Assembly: GCA_045589295.1 (NCBI GenBank)
Contig: JAZNOU010000005.1
Coordinates: 114,398 to 178,397, forward strand
Origin: Clostridia bacterium
GTDB taxonomy: Bacteria; Bacillota; Clostridia; RGIG6154
DNA length: 64,000 nt
Reading direction: 5' to 3'
In this document: piece by piece, positions 1 to 10,304 of the stretch
Numbering within the stretch: the stretch's first letter is position 1
Layout of the letters: the number at the start of each line of letters is the position of its first letter
The notes under the pieces: generated by a model
Told to the model about the DNA's origin: nothing
The model's input: only the letters and a program-made list of their open reading frames with translations
The model's database searches: none
Program-made: the position numbers and the translations under genes

Positions 1-2
1 CA

Positions 3-308
3 TCATTTGATAAGTATATAGATGCAGTAGTACCTGGCGGTCAGGTGTTTATTGACAGCGCTTTAATTGACAGAAAAGTTGAAAGAACTGATATTGAAGC
101 CTACTATATTCCAGCTACTAAAATCGCATCTGACGAAAATTTACCAGGACTTGCGAATATGATTATTTTAGGTATGATGATTAAAAAGTCGGGTATTATG
201 CCTTTTGAAAATATTGAAAAAGCTTTAAATAAGGTTGTATCAGCCAAAAAAGCAAACCTTTTAGAGCTTAATAAAAAAGCAATTCAAATTGGATACGATT
301 ATGAATAA
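3..308 (+). CDS. 2-oxoacid:acceptor oxidoreductase gamma subunit, 5'-truncated by window edge
   Basis: Open frame from base 3 (SFDKYIDAVVPGGQVFIDS...YYIPATKIA...ANMIILG...LNKKAIQIGY) matches POR/KOR gamma C-terminus. Confidence 0.8.
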   Translation, partial: SFDKYIDAVVPGGQVFIDSALIDRKVERTDIEAYYIPATKIASDENLPGLANMIILGMMIKKSGIMPFENIEKALNKVVSAKKANLLELNKKAIQIGYDYE

Positions 309-324
309 TTGAGGAGGATTTCCT

Positions 325-876
325 ATGAACGACCAGATTAAAGATATTGGTATGCGTCTTGCAGGTCTGCGTGACGATATGGAAATTTCTACAGCCGAAA
401 TGGCAGAAAAACTTGGTGTTGACCAGGCGACTTACGAGGCATACGAAAGCGGAGAAAAAGATTTTTCATTCAGCTTTATGTATAATGCAGCCGAAATTTT
501 GGGCGTTGATGTTTTGGATATTATAAGCGGTGATGCACCAAAGCTTTCTATGTGCTGCATGGTTAAAAAAGGAAAAGGTTACTCTGTAAAACGCGGTCAC
601 GAATATGACTACAAGCACTTAGCTTATACTTTCCGCGGCAAAAAAGGTGAGCCTTTCTTGGTAACAATTACTCCCGATGGTAAACCTCCCGTTATGCACG
701 GACATGAAGGGCAGGAATTCAATTATGTTATTTCGGGAAAAATGATGCTCTATATCGGTGATATTTCATACGAGCTTTCTGAAGGAGACAGTGTTTATTT
801 TGATTCAAGTGTGCCTCACGCAGAGGTTGCACTCGGCGATAAGGAAGCTCAATTTATCGCCGTTGTAATTAAATAA
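325..876 (+). CDS. XRE-family HTH regulator with C-terminal cupin
   Basis: N-terminal HTH (YEAYESGEKD), cupin motif HGHEGQEFNYV...GDSVYFDSSVPH; RBS GAGGAGG. Confidence 0.9.
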   Translation: MNDQIKDIGMRLAGLRDDMEISTAEMAEKLGVDQATYEAYESGEKDFSFSFMYNAAEILGVDVLDIISGDAPKLSMCCMVKKGKGYSVKRGHEYDYKHLAYTFRGKKGEPFLVTITPDGKPPVMHGHEGQEFNYVISGKMMLYIGDISYELSEGDSVYFDSSVPHAEVALGDKEAQFIAVVIK

Positions 877-907
877 TAAGACACATAAACTCTAAAGGAG
901 AATTATT

Positions 908-2602
908 ATGCCAATATACGAAAAGTACGTCGGTGCTCACCGAGATGATTTCATCTCTCTCGCCGACGCACAGAAAAACTATACACTTACATATCCTGAG
1001 GACTTTAACTTTGCATATGATGTAATTGATGAACTTGGCACAAACAAGCCTGATAAGCTTGCTATGATTTGGGTTTCCAAAGATGGTGAAGAAAAACGCT
1101 TTACTTTCCGCGATATGATGATTTATTCAAATAAAGCGGCAAATTATCTTCACTATATGGGAATCAGAAAAGGTGACAAAGTTTTACTAACTCTTAAAAG
1201 AAGCTACTATTTCTGGTTTATAATTTTAGCTCTTCATAAAATTGGTGCTGTTGCAGTTCAGGCAACAAACATGCTTAAAGCAAAGGACTATGTTTACCGC
1301 TGTAATGCCGGCAAAATCAAAGCAGTTGTTATAACCGGCGATGGTCCTGAAACCGAGTATTTTGACGAAGGCGAACCAAATTACGAAACTGTAGAGCTTA
1401 AGTTTGTAACAGGTCACAAAAATGCAGGCGAAAGTTGGATTGACTTTGAAGCAGGCTTTGAAATGGCAAGCGACTCCTGGCAGCGTCCTACCGGTGATGC
1501 GGCTGTTATGGCTGATGATATGATGCTTATGGCATTTTCATCAGGCACATCAGGATATCCTAAAATTATAACCCACAATTTCAAATATCCGCTCGGACAC
1601 ATTATGACAGGTGTTTTCTGGCACAGAGTTGTAGATGGTGGTCTTCACTTTACAATTTCTGATACAGGATGGCTTAAATCACTTTGGGGAAAAATTTACG
1701 GTCAATGGTTTGGCGAATCTGCAGTTTTTGTTTATGATTTTGAAAAATTTGATGGTGCTGATATCTTAGAAAAACTTGAAAAATACAAAGTTACAACTTT
1801 CTGTGTTCCGCCTACAATGTATCGAATGATTTTACAAAACGACGTAGAAAAATATGACCTTTCTTCCCTTGCCCATTGTTGTACTGCGGGTGAAGCGTTA
1901 AACCCTGAAATTTATAACAAGTGGCTTAAAGCGACAGGTCATAAAATTTATGAGGGTTTTGGACAGACCGAAACAACACTTTGCGTTGCTACAATATATC
2001 CGTGGTCAGAACCTGTTCCGGGTGCTATCGGCTACCCTGTTCCAGGCTATGACGTCCACATTTTAGGTGATGATGGTGAATCACTTCCACGTGGTGCTAC
2101 CGGTGAAATCAGCATCCGAGTATTAAGCAAAATGAGAAAATCCTGTGGTCTATTAGACTCATACAATTTCAGCAAAGAAGATACATTTAAAGCTCTTCAC
2201 GACGGATTTTACCATACAGGTGATACTGCTTATCGCGATGAAAAAGGAATGTTTAGATATGTCGGCAGAAATGATGATGTCATTAAATCATCAGGATACC
2301 GCATAGGTCCCTTTGAGATTGAAAGTGTGCTTTTAGAACATCCTTCCGTATCAGAGGTTGCTGTAACAGGTGTTCCTGATAAAATAAGAGGGTTTGCAGT
2401 AAAGGCTACCATTGTTTTATCTAAAGGATACGAAGGTACTGACGAGCTTACAAAGGAACTTCAAAAATATGTTAAGGACAACACTGCTCCTTACAAATAC
2501 CCAAGAGTTATTGAATATGTTGAAGCACTTCCAAAAACCTTTAATGGTAAAATAAGAAGAGCTGAAATACGAGATAACGATTCTGAAAAAACTTCGGAGT
2601 AA
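908..2602 (+). CDS. AMP-dependent acyl-CoA synthetase
   Basis: FSSGTSGYPK, EGFGQTE, YHTGD, GRNDDVIKSSGYRIGPFEIES, PKTFNGKI motifs. Confidence 0.92.
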   Translation: MPIYEKYVGAHRDDFISLADAQKNYTLTYPEDFNFAYDVIDELGTNKPDKLAMIWVSKDGEEKRFTFRDMMIYSNKAANYLHYMGIRKGDKVLLTLKRSYYFWFIILALHKIGAVAVQATNMLKAKDYVYRCNAGKIKAVVITGDGPETEYFDEGEPNYETVELKFVTGHKNAGESWIDFEAGFEMASDSWQRPTGDAAVMADDMMLMAFSSGTSGYPKIITHNFKYPLGHIMTGVFWHRVVDGGLHFTISDTGWLKSLWGKIYGQWFGESAVFVYDFEKFDGADILEKLEKYKVTTFCVPPTMYRMILQNDVEKYDLSSLAHCCTAGEALNPEIYNKWLKATGHKIYEGFGQTETTLCVATIYPWSEPVPGAIGYPVPGYDVHILGDDGESLPRGATGEISIRVLSKMRKSCGLLDSYNFSKEDTFKALHDGFYHTGDTAYRDEKGMFRYVGRNDDVIKSSGYRIGPFEIESVLLEHPSVSEVAVTGVPDKIRGFAVKATIVLSKGYEGTDELTKELQKYVKDNTAPYKYPRVIEYVEALPKTFNGKIRRAEIRDNDSEKTSE

Positions 2603-2605
2603 ATT

Positions 2606-3301
2606 ATGATAAGTAATGAAAATTTTTATGACCGACTTGTAAAATCATTATTCCTGCTTGCAGGAGAGATAATTTTAGACAAAGAGAATACAAGCGTGCG
2701 TTTTTATGATGCCAGAAGCGATTTAAAGCCCGAAGTTTTAAGTCTTGAGGGCTTAAGAAAATTGCTTTCAGAAAAAATCATAACCGACCTTAACGGCATA
2801 TTAAAATTGACATACGATGATTTCCATGCGATAAAACGTGCAACCACCTTTGCTTTCAGCGCTCAGACGCGCCCAAGAATTGTGCGACGTTATACCGCGG
2901 TAATTTACCCCTCGGAAGATAATAACAGATTATACTTTACAGTACGTGAAACTGAAAACACCGAAAATATTATAACATTCCAGCTTAAAAAAAGTTCTGC
3001 TAACTTTAATATTAATGATATTTTATATATTGGATACGGCAACCACTGTGTGCAGATTCACAAGGCTGATGAATGTATAAATATGTTCAGTATTTCTTTT
3101 TCTGATGCGGCTGACGTTTTCTTAAAACACAAGAATTTTGTAAGAAGCTACAAAAACTGTCTTGTAAATATGGATAAAGTCAAATGCATCGAAAACGATT
3201 TGTTTGTTATGACAAACGGTGAAGTTATTTCAATTCCGAAAAGAAGACTTAAAGAAATCAAAAACATTTACAAAGAATATGTAATATTAAACAATCAATA
3301 A
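2606..3301 (+). CDS. LytTR DNA-binding domain protein
   Basis: C-terminal INDILYI...FVRSYKNCLVNMDKV...ISIPKRR LytTR pattern. Confidence 0.75.
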   Translation: MISNENFYDRLVKSLFLLAGEIILDKENTSVRFYDARSDLKPEVLSLEGLRKLLSEKIITDLNGILKLTYDDFHAIKRATTFAFSAQTRPRIVRRYTAVIYPSEDNNRLYFTVRETENTENIITFQLKKSSANFNINDILYIGYGNHCVQIHKADECINMFSISFSDAADVFLKHKNFVRSYKNCLVNMDKVKCIENDLFVMTNGEVISIPKRRLKEIKNIYKEYVILNNQ

Positions 3302-3329
3302 AAAAAGAGAGCATCAGCTCTCTTTTTTA
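3299..3329. terminator. bidirectional intrinsic terminator
   Basis: AAAAAAAGAGAGC-atca-GCTCTCTTTTTT between convergent genes. Confidence 0.8.
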
Positions 3330-4817
3330 TTGCACTTTTCCGTCTGCATAACCTTCATATTCTTTCATAAAGTCTTCTGCTACTTTACTCATAGAAAGAG
3401 CAATTGTATTTTCGTCTTTGAAAGCAAATTTTATATAAAGTCTGCCAAAATACTTGTCTATAACCTGAACAAAAACAGCCAGCTGGTTTTCGTGTGTCCA
3501 AGCTCCGCTCGCAGCACAATCGTAATAATTGCCCGGGGCTTCTTGTCCCCCTACCAAGTCCGAATATCCTTCTTGAGGGAACTTTCCAAAAACATTTTCG
3601 TTTATTCCAAACTTTATCTGCTTTTCTCCTTGTTCGTTTTTATACTCAAAAATTCCTTCTTTTTCATCAAATGTAAGCTTTACATACTCAATTCCCATCG
3701 GGTTTTTGTTAAGAATATAAGTTTTTCCATTGATTTTTTCCTGCATTATTGTTTGTTTGCTGTTCTTCAATGAAAAAAGCTTCAAATTATTACTGTACTC
3801 TAAAAGGTCATTATGTGCTTTCTCATTTTCTTCCAATTCATCATCTTCTACGTTATGTACTAACAGTTCATAAAACAAATCAATGATTGTAGATTTAGCA
3901 GTTTCAATGCCCTGATTATCTGAGTTTATAACAAACACCATATCTTTATCAGGAATCGCAATACCAAACTGGCATCCCAATCCGTTAAAGAAGAAGCTAT
4001 TTTCTCTTGTTCTCCATATCAAATAACCATAACCGTAGCTGCCATAGTGAATTGCAACCGAGCTTGTACTTACAAGGTCGCTTGTTGCTGCTTTAACATA
4101 TTCTTTGTTTAAAATCTGCTCACCTTGGAAATTCCCCATATTCATTGTAAACTGAACAACTTTTGCAAGGTCAAGCGATGTACATATAACTGCGGAATCT
4201 CCCCATGCATTTCCCCCGGGGCAGTCTAAACAGTAAGCTTCTTTTGACACCCCGATTTTATCAAACATTTTTTCTCTCAAATAGTCCATAAGCTTTTTGC
4301 CGGTCTTTTTCTCAACCAAAGCACCTAATACAAATGAACCCGTGCTGTCATATTCAAATATTGTGCCTGGAATTTTATGAGTTTCTTCATTTTCATTTGA
4401 AGAGTCAAAATACCACTTTACTCTGTCGGGTGCTTTTGCTTCAAACCAGTTCCATGGCACAAGAGGTTTTCCTGTACTCATCATAAGCATATCTCTTATG
4501 GTTTGCATTTTTATTTTTTCATTTGCATTCTTCGTTGTTTCTTTATCAAGACAATCAATAATTTTATCGTCAAGACTGATAAGACCATCTTGCTCCAAAA
4601 ATCCTATTGCAAGTCCTACAAAGCTTTTGCTTACTGAATACATTCTGTGAAGAAAGTTTTTGTTAAAAGGTTTCCAATAGGCTTCATAAAACACTTTTCC
4701 ATGTCTTAACATAACTATACTATGGGTTGAAAGATTAGCATTTTCAAGTGCTTTTACATATTTTTTTATATCTTCAGACCTTACCCCAACCTTTTCGGGA
4801 GTCACTTTTTCAAACAT
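3327..4817 (-). CDS. serine hydrolase, beta-lactamase/AmpC-like family
   Basis: SxxK (YSVSKS), FEYDST, FFNGLGCQ; start at 4817 follows GAGGGG RBS. Confidence 0.85.
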   Translation of the reverse strand: MFEKVTPEKVGVRSEDIKKYVKALENANLSTHSIVMLRHGKVFYEAYWKPFNKNFLHRMYSVSKSFVGLAIGFLEQDGLISLDDKIIDCLDKETTKNANEKIKMQTIRDMLMMSTGKPLVPWNWFEAKAPDRVKWYFDSSNENEETHKIPGTIFEYDSTGSFVLGALVEKKTGKKLMDYLREKMFDKIGVSKEAYCLDCPGGNAWGDSAVICTSLDLAKVVQFTMNMGNFQGEQILNKEYVKAATSDLVSTSSVAIHYGSYGYGYLIWRTRENSFFFNGLGCQFGIAIPDKDMVFVINSDNQGIETAKSTIIDLFYELLVHNVEDDELEENEKAHNDLLEYSNNLKLFSLKNSKQTIMQEKINGKTYILNKNPMGIEYVKLTFDEKEGIFEYKNEQGEKQIKFGINENVFGKFPQEGYSDLVGGQEAPGNYYDCAASGAWTHENQLAVFVQVIDKYFGRLYIKFAFKDENTIALSMSKVAEDFMKEYEGYADGKVQ

Positions 4818-4902
4818 AATTATCCCCTCTTTCTCTGTCTTTTTGTATTCTAGCATACAAAGTATCTATTGTCAAATATAAATTTTCAATAATTCCTACA
4901 AA

Positions 4903-4996
4903 AATGCATAATTATTCTATGCAAAACACTTGACAAATGGTAAGTTTTGGTGTATAATATGCAAATATATGAAATATTTTTGCATATTTATTCACA
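4903..4996 (+). promoter_or_regulatory. sigma-A promoter of arg operon with ARG-box-like operators
   Basis: TTGACA(4930)-17bp-TATAAT(4953); flanked by ATGCATAATTATTC, TGCAAATATATGAA and TGCATATTTATTCA, resembling ArgR/AhrC boxes. Confidence 0.75.
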
Positions 4997-5014
4997 ATGA
5001 AAGGGTTTTTATAC

Positions 5015-5947
5015 ATGGCTAAGGTTTTTATTGACGGAAGTGCCGGAACAACGGGCTTAAGAATATACGACAGACTGTCATTAAGAGATGATATTTCTCT
5101 TATAATTCTCCCCGACGAAATTAGAAAAGATACTTCCGCAAGAAAAGAAGCAATTAACAGTGCAGACATAGTTTTTTTATGTCTTCCAGATGATGCAGCA
5201 AGAGAAGCTGTAACCCTTCTTGAAAACAAAAACACTGTTATAATTGATACTTCTACTGCTCACCGAACAAATCCCGATTGGACGTATGGGTTCCCCGAGC
5301 TTACCGCAATGAAAGAAAAAATAAAAAACTCAAAGCTTATTGCAAATCCGGGTTGTCACGCAAGCGGATTCATTGCTCTTGTTAAACCTTTGATAGAAAA
5401 TGGGGCTTTAGATAAAGATGCTCTTCTTACATGTTTTTCAATCACAGGATACTCAGGTGGCGGCAAGAAAATGATAGCTGAATACGAAACGCCAAATAAA
5501 GACAAGCTTTTTATGGCTCCAAGACAGTATGGACTTTCACAGATGCATAAACACCTGAAAGAAATGAAAGCAATTACAGGTATTTTAAACGACGCTGCAT
5601 TTTGCCCAATTGTTGCTGACTTTTATAGCGGAATGGAAGTTACAATCCCGCTTTTTGCAAAAAACTTAAATGTAGACCTTGCACAAATCAAGGAAATATA
5701 TAAAAACTGCTACCACTCAAAAATTGTTCACTATAACGAAGGTGTAGACGAAAACGGATTTTTATCTGCCGCAGCACTATCAGGCAGGGACGATATGCAG
5801 ATTTCAGTTTTTGGGAATGATGAACGAATTACTGTTACTGCACGTTATGACAACCTTGGAAAAGGTGCATCAGGATCTGCAATTCAGAATATGAATATTG
5901 TTTTAGGTGTAGATGAAACAACAGGTCTTATTACGGAGGAATATTAA
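5015..5947 (+). CDS. argC: N-acetyl-gamma-glutamyl-phosphate reductase (type 2)
   Basis: IDGSAGTTG, IANPGCHASG, DNLGKGASG. Confidence 0.95.
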   Translation: MAKVFIDGSAGTTGLRIYDRLSLRDDISLIILPDEIRKDTSARKEAINSADIVFLCLPDDAAREAVTLLENKNTVIIDTSTAHRTNPDWTYGFPELTAMKEKIKNSKLIANPGCHASGFIALVKPLIENGALDKDALLTCFSITGYSGGGKKMIAEYETPNKDKLFMAPRQYGLSQMHKHLKEMKAITGILNDAAFCPIVADFYSGMEVTIPLFAKNLNVDLAQIKEIYKNCYHSKIVHYNEGVDENGFLSAAALSGRDDMQISVFGNDERITVTARYDNLGKGASGSAIQNMNIVLGVDETTGLITEEY

Positions 5948-5948
5948 A

Positions 5949-7163
5949 ATGAAAATCATAAACGGCGGTGTTACTGCTGCAAAAGGTTTTACTGCAGGCG
6001 GTGTACATTGCGGAATAAGGAAAAATAAAACAAAAAGAGATTTAGCTCTCATTTTAAGTGAAACAAGAGCTGCAGCTGCAGGGGTTTACACCACAAATCT
6101 CGTAAAGGGAGCTCCGCTTACAGTTACAAAAAATCATTTAGCCGACGGGTACGCTCAGGCAATAATCTGCAATAGCGGTAATGCAAACACTTGTAATGCT
6201 GATGGTATCGAAGTTGCCGAAAACATGTCCACTCTTATCGCAAATGCGCTCGGCATTTCTGAAAATGATGTAATTGTAGCTTCAACAGGCGTAATCGGAC
6301 AGCCTCTCGATATAACTCCTATTAAAGACGGAATTGGTGATTTAGTTTCATCACTTTCTAAAGACGGCTCTGAAAATGCTGCTGAAGGAATTATGACAAC
6401 AGATACTGTAAAAAAAGAAGTTGCAGTAGAGTTTGAAATTGGCGGAAAAGTATGCAAAATTGGCGGCATTGCAAAAGGCAGCGGTATGATACACCCAAAT
6501 ATGGCAACTATGCTTGTTTTTATCACAACTGACGTTAATATCTCTCCAAAAATGCTTCAGAATGCACTTTCAAATGATATAAAAAGCACTTTTAATATGG
6601 TCAGTGTTGATGGTGATACTTCAACAAACGATATGGTTACAGTTTTAGCTAATGGTATGGCAGAAAACCAGGAAATTGTATCAGAAGGAAAAGATTTTGA
6701 CGTATTTATGGAAGCATTAAATACTGTAACAGTTACGCTCTGCAGAATGATTGCAGGTGATGGCGAGGGTGCTACTAAGCTCTTAGAATGTAATGTTTTT
6801 AATGCAAACAATGAACAAAACGCAAAAATTGTTGCAAAAAGTGTAATCTGTTCAAGCCTTTTAAAAGCAGCTATGTTTGGGGCTGACGCTAACTGGGGCC
6901 GCATACTTTGTGCAATAGGTTACAGCGGTGCTGATGTTGACGTTAACAAAATTGATGTTTCATTCAAATCCTTAAAAGGTGAAATTTTAGTTTGCAAAAA
7001 CGGAGCAGGCGTTGATTTTTCAGAAGAAAAAGCAAAAGAAATTCTTTTGGAAAAAGAAATCGAAATCAATATTAACTTAAATTCAGGCAATATCAACACT
7101 TCTGCCTGGGGTTGCGATTTAACTTATGACTATGTAAGAATCAACGGTGACTACCGCACCTGA
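5949..7163 (+). CDS. argJ: bifunctional ornithine acetyltransferase
   Basis: KGSGMIHPNMATML, DGDTSTND, DGEGATK, YVRINGDYRT. Confidence 0.97.
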   Translation: MKIINGGVTAAKGFTAGGVHCGIRKNKTKRDLALILSETRAAAAGVYTTNLVKGAPLTVTKNHLADGYAQAIICNSGNANTCNADGIEVAENMSTLIANALGISENDVIVASTGVIGQPLDITPIKDGIGDLVSSLSKDGSENAAEGIMTTDTVKKEVAVEFEIGGKVCKIGGIAKGSGMIHPNMATMLVFITTDVNISPKMLQNALSNDIKSTFNMVSVDGDTSTNDMVTVLANGMAENQEIVSEGKDFDVFMEALNTVTVTLCRMIAGDGEGATKLLECNVFNANNEQNAKIVAKSVICSSLLKAAMFGADANWGRILCAIGYSGADVDVNKIDVSFKSLKGEILVCKNGAGVDFSEEKAKEILLEKEIEININLNSGNINTSAWGCDLTYDYVRINGDYRT

Positions 7164-7178
7164 TATTAGGAGGAAATT

Positions 7179-8054
7179 ATGCTTAAAAATTTTTCTAATG
7201 CTCAAAGAGCAGAAGTTTTAACCCAGGCTCTACCCTACATAAAACGTTACAATGGTAAAGTTGTTGTTGTAAAATACGGCGGAAACGCAATGGTAAATGA
7301 ACAGCTAAAGCAACAAGTTATGGAAGATATTGTTCTTTTGTGGCTTATCGGCGTTAAAATTGTTCTTGTTCACGGTGGTGGACCTGAAATCAGCGAAACA
7401 ATGGAAAAGCTGGGTAAAAAAGCCGAATTTGTGGACGGGCTGAGAGTTACAGATAAAGAAACCGTTGACATAGTTCAAATGGTGCTTGCCGGCAAGGTTA
7501 ACAAAACTTTAGTTAATCTTTTGGAAATGTATGGCGGTAAAGCTATGGGTATTTCAGGTATGGACGGACGTCTTATTGAAGCTAAAGCCAAAAATGAAAA
7601 ATTAGGATTTGTCGGCTCTATTACAAACATAAATATCAAGCCTGTTACAGACCTTTTGGAAAAAGGATACATTCCTGTTATCTCAACACTTGGCTGTGAC
7701 AAAGATGGAAATACATATAATATTAACGGTGACACCGCAGCAGCTTATATTGCAGGTGCATTAAATGCAAAAAGACTTATTATGATGACCGACATCGCAG
7801 GTCTTTTAAAAGACAAAGACGACCCTTCAACTTTAATTCCAGAAATCACAATCAAAGAATGTGAAAATCTAAAAGAAACCGGTGTGATTTCAGGTGGTAT
7901 GATTCCAAAAATTGATTGCTGTATTGAAGCAATCAACGAAGGTGTTAAAAATGTAATTATTATGGACGGAAGAGTCCCCCACTCTATTTTAATGGAACTT
8001 TTAACCGATGAGGGTGCGGGAACTATGGTTATAGGAGACCATGAAAATGAGTAA
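7179..8054 (+). CDS. argB: acetylglutamate kinase
   Basis: VVKYGGNAM, VHGGGP, GLRVTD, NINGD, GGMIPKI. Confidence 0.97.
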   Translation: MLKNFSNAQRAEVLTQALPYIKRYNGKVVVVKYGGNAMVNEQLKQQVMEDIVLLWLIGVKIVLVHGGGPEISETMEKLGKKAEFVDGLRVTDKETVDIVQMVLAGKVNKTLVNLLEMYGGKAMGISGMDGRLIEAKAKNEKLGFVGSITNINIKPVTDLLEKGYIPVISTLGCDKDGNTYNINGDTAAAYIAGALNAKRLIMMTDIAGLLKDKDDPSTLIPEITIKECENLKETGVISGGMIPKIDCCIEAINEGVKNVIIMDGRVPHSILMELLTDEGAGTMVIGDHENE

Positions 8055-9216
8055 CATCACAAACATTGATAAAACTTATGTTGCATCAACCTACGCACGT
8101 TTTCCTGTTGAAATTGTATCGGGAAAAGGTTCAATGGTTTATGACACTTCAGGCAAAGAATATATTGATATGGGTACCGGAATCGGCGTAACAGCTTTCG
8201 GTATAGCAGATGAAATCTGGGTCAATGCAGTAACTAATCAACTTGGCAAACTTCAACACATGTCAAACCTTTATTATACCGAGCCTTGCGCACTTTTAGC
8301 CAAAGCTCTATGTGAAAAAACAGGAATGAAAAAAGTATTTTTCGGAAACTCAGGCGCTGAAGCAAACGAATGTGCCATTAAAGTTGCAAGAAAGTACGCT
8401 CAGGATAAAAAAGGCAGTGATTATTACACGATTATCACTTTGGAAAAAAGCTTTCACGGAAGAACTTTAACCACCCTTGCCGCAACAGGTCAGGATAATT
8501 TTCATCAGCTTTTCAACCCTCTTACACCCGGATTTGTCCACACTCCTGCAAATGATATTGAGGCATTAAAAAGCACTGTCAAAAACAATAAAACTGCCGC
8601 AATTATGATTGAATGCATTCAGGGTGAAGGCGGCGTTGTAGCACTTAATGAAGACTTTATTAAAGGTGTTTATGAAATTTGTCAGAAAGAAGACATTATT
8701 TTAATAGTCGATGAAGTGCAAACAGGCAACGGCAGATGCGGCAAGCTTTATTCATATATGAATTTTGGCATTACTCCTGATGTTGTTACAACCGCAAAGG
8801 GATTAGGCGGTGGTCTTCCTCTTGGTGCTTCAATATTAGGTGATAAAGTAAAAGATGTTTTAGGTTTTGGCGACCACGGCTCAACATTTGGCGGAAACCC
8901 TGTCGCTTGTGCAGGTGCACTCAGCATTATAGACCGAATTGATGACACTCTTTTAAACGAAGTCAGTGAAAAAAGCAAATTTATATTTGACAGTTTTAAA
9001 AACGCCGACGGTGTTGAAAGTGTAAGTGGTATGGGACTTATGATTGGCATAAAAACAAAAAAAGCTGCCAAAGACATTGTAAATAAATGTATCGAAAATG
9101 GGGTTTTGTGTCTTACCGCAAAAGACAAAGTGCGTCTTTTACCTGCGCTTAACATTCCAATGGATGTTTTAAAGCGTGCAGTAGAGGTTATAAAAGACGC
9201 TTGCAAGGAGAACTGA
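8041..9216 (+). CDS. argD: acetylornithine aminotransferase
   Basis: [28 protein letters not shown]; position in arg operon. Confidence 0.93.
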   Translation: MKMSNITNIDKTYVASTYARFPVEIVSGKGSMVYDTSGKEYIDMGTGIGVTAFGIADEIWVNAVTNQLGKLQHMSNLYYTEPCALLAKALCEKTGMKKVFFGNSGAEANECAIKVARKYAQDKKGSDYYTIITLEKSFHGRTLTTLAATGQDNFHQLFNPLTPGFVHTPANDIEALKSTVKNNKTAAIMIECIQGEGGVVALNEDFIKGVYEICQKEDIILIVDEVQTGNGRCGKLYSYMNFGITPDVVTTAKGLGGGLPLGASILGDKVKDVLGFGDHGSTFGGNPVACAGALSIIDRIDDTLLNEVSEKSKFIFDSFKNADGVESVSGMGLMIGIKTKKAAKDIVNKCIENGVLCLTAKDKVRLLPALNIPMDVLKRAVEVIKDACKEN

Positions 9217-9218
9217 TT

Positions 9219-10202
9219 ATGAATTTAAAAGAAAAAAACTTTTTAAAACTTTTGGATTTTACTCCGGAAGAAATTAATTATTTAATTGACTATGCAGCAC
9301 AGCTCAAAAAACAGAAAAAAGAGAATGTATCACACAAATTATTCCCAGATAAAAATATTGCTCTTATCTTTGAAAAAACTTCTACAAGAACACGTTGTGC
9401 TTTTGAGGTTGCAGCCTCAGACCTTGGTATGCACCCTGTTTACTTAGACCCTCAAGGCTCTCAAATCGGCAAAAAGGAAAGCATTGCAGACACAGCAAGA
9501 GTTTTAGGCAGAATGTTTGACGGAATTGAGTACCGAGGCTTTGGTCAGGAAATCGTAGAAGAGCTTGCTGAGTTTGCTGGGGTACCTGTGTGGAATGGCC
9601 TTACGAACGAGTTTCACCCAACTCAGATTTTGGCGGACTTTTTAACGATAAAAGAACATTTTGGTTCTTTAAAAGGCAAAAAACTTGTTTATATGGGCGA
9701 TGCAAGATACAATATGGGAAATTCTTTAATGGTTGGATGTGCAAAGATGGGTATGAACTTTGTTGCCTGTGCACCAAAAAAATATTTCCCCGATGATGCG
9801 CTTATTAACGAATGCCTTGAAGTTGCAAAACAAACAGGTGCAGTCTTAGAATTTATCGAAGACCCAATTGAAGCTACAAAAAATGCAGATGTGATTTACA
9901 CAGATGTGTGGGTTTCAATGGGTGAACCTGCTGAGGTTTGGGAAGAACGTATAAAAGAGCTTTCACCTTACAGAGTAACTATGCAGCTTTTAGAAAATGC
10001 AGGCGAAAACTGCAAGTTTATGCACTGTCTGCCTGCTTTCCATGACTTAAAAACAACTGTTGGTAAAGAAATTTATGAAAAATTCGGTTTGACTTGTATG
10101 GAAGTTACTGATGAAGTGTTTGAAAGTGACAGTTCAATCGTATTTGACGAAGCCGAAAACCGTATGCACACAATAAAAGCTGTTATGGCAGCAACACTTT
10201 AA
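9219..10202 (+). CDS. argF: ornithine carbamoyltransferase
   Basis: STRTR, HPTQ, HCLP, AENRMH. Confidence 0.96.
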   Translation: MNLKEKNFLKLLDFTPEEINYLIDYAAQLKKQKKENVSHKLFPDKNIALIFEKTSTRTRCAFEVAASDLGMHPVYLDPQGSQIGKKESIADTARVLGRMFDGIEYRGFGQEIVEELAEFAGVPVWNGLTNEFHPTQILADFLTIKEHFGSLKGKKLVYMGDARYNMGNSLMVGCAKMGMNFVACAPKKYFPDDALINECLEVAKQTGAVLEFIEDPIEATKNADVIYTDVWVSMGEPAEVWEERIKELSPYRVTMQLLENAGENCKFMHCLPAFHDLKTTVGKEIYEKFGLTCMEVTDEVFESDSSIVFDEAENRMHTIKAVMAATL

Positions 10203-10207
10203 AATTA

Positions 10208-10241
10208 AATGCAGAAACTTATTGGGTTTCTGCATTTTTTA
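10208..10241 (+). terminator. intrinsic terminator after argF
   Basis: AATGCAGAAAC-ttattgg-GTTTCTGCATT followed by T run. Confidence 0.8.
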
Positions 10242-10304
10242 TTGATTTTTTTAACGATAAGTGATAAAATATTTTAAAGTTAGTCTTATATAACGGAGGT
10301 ATTT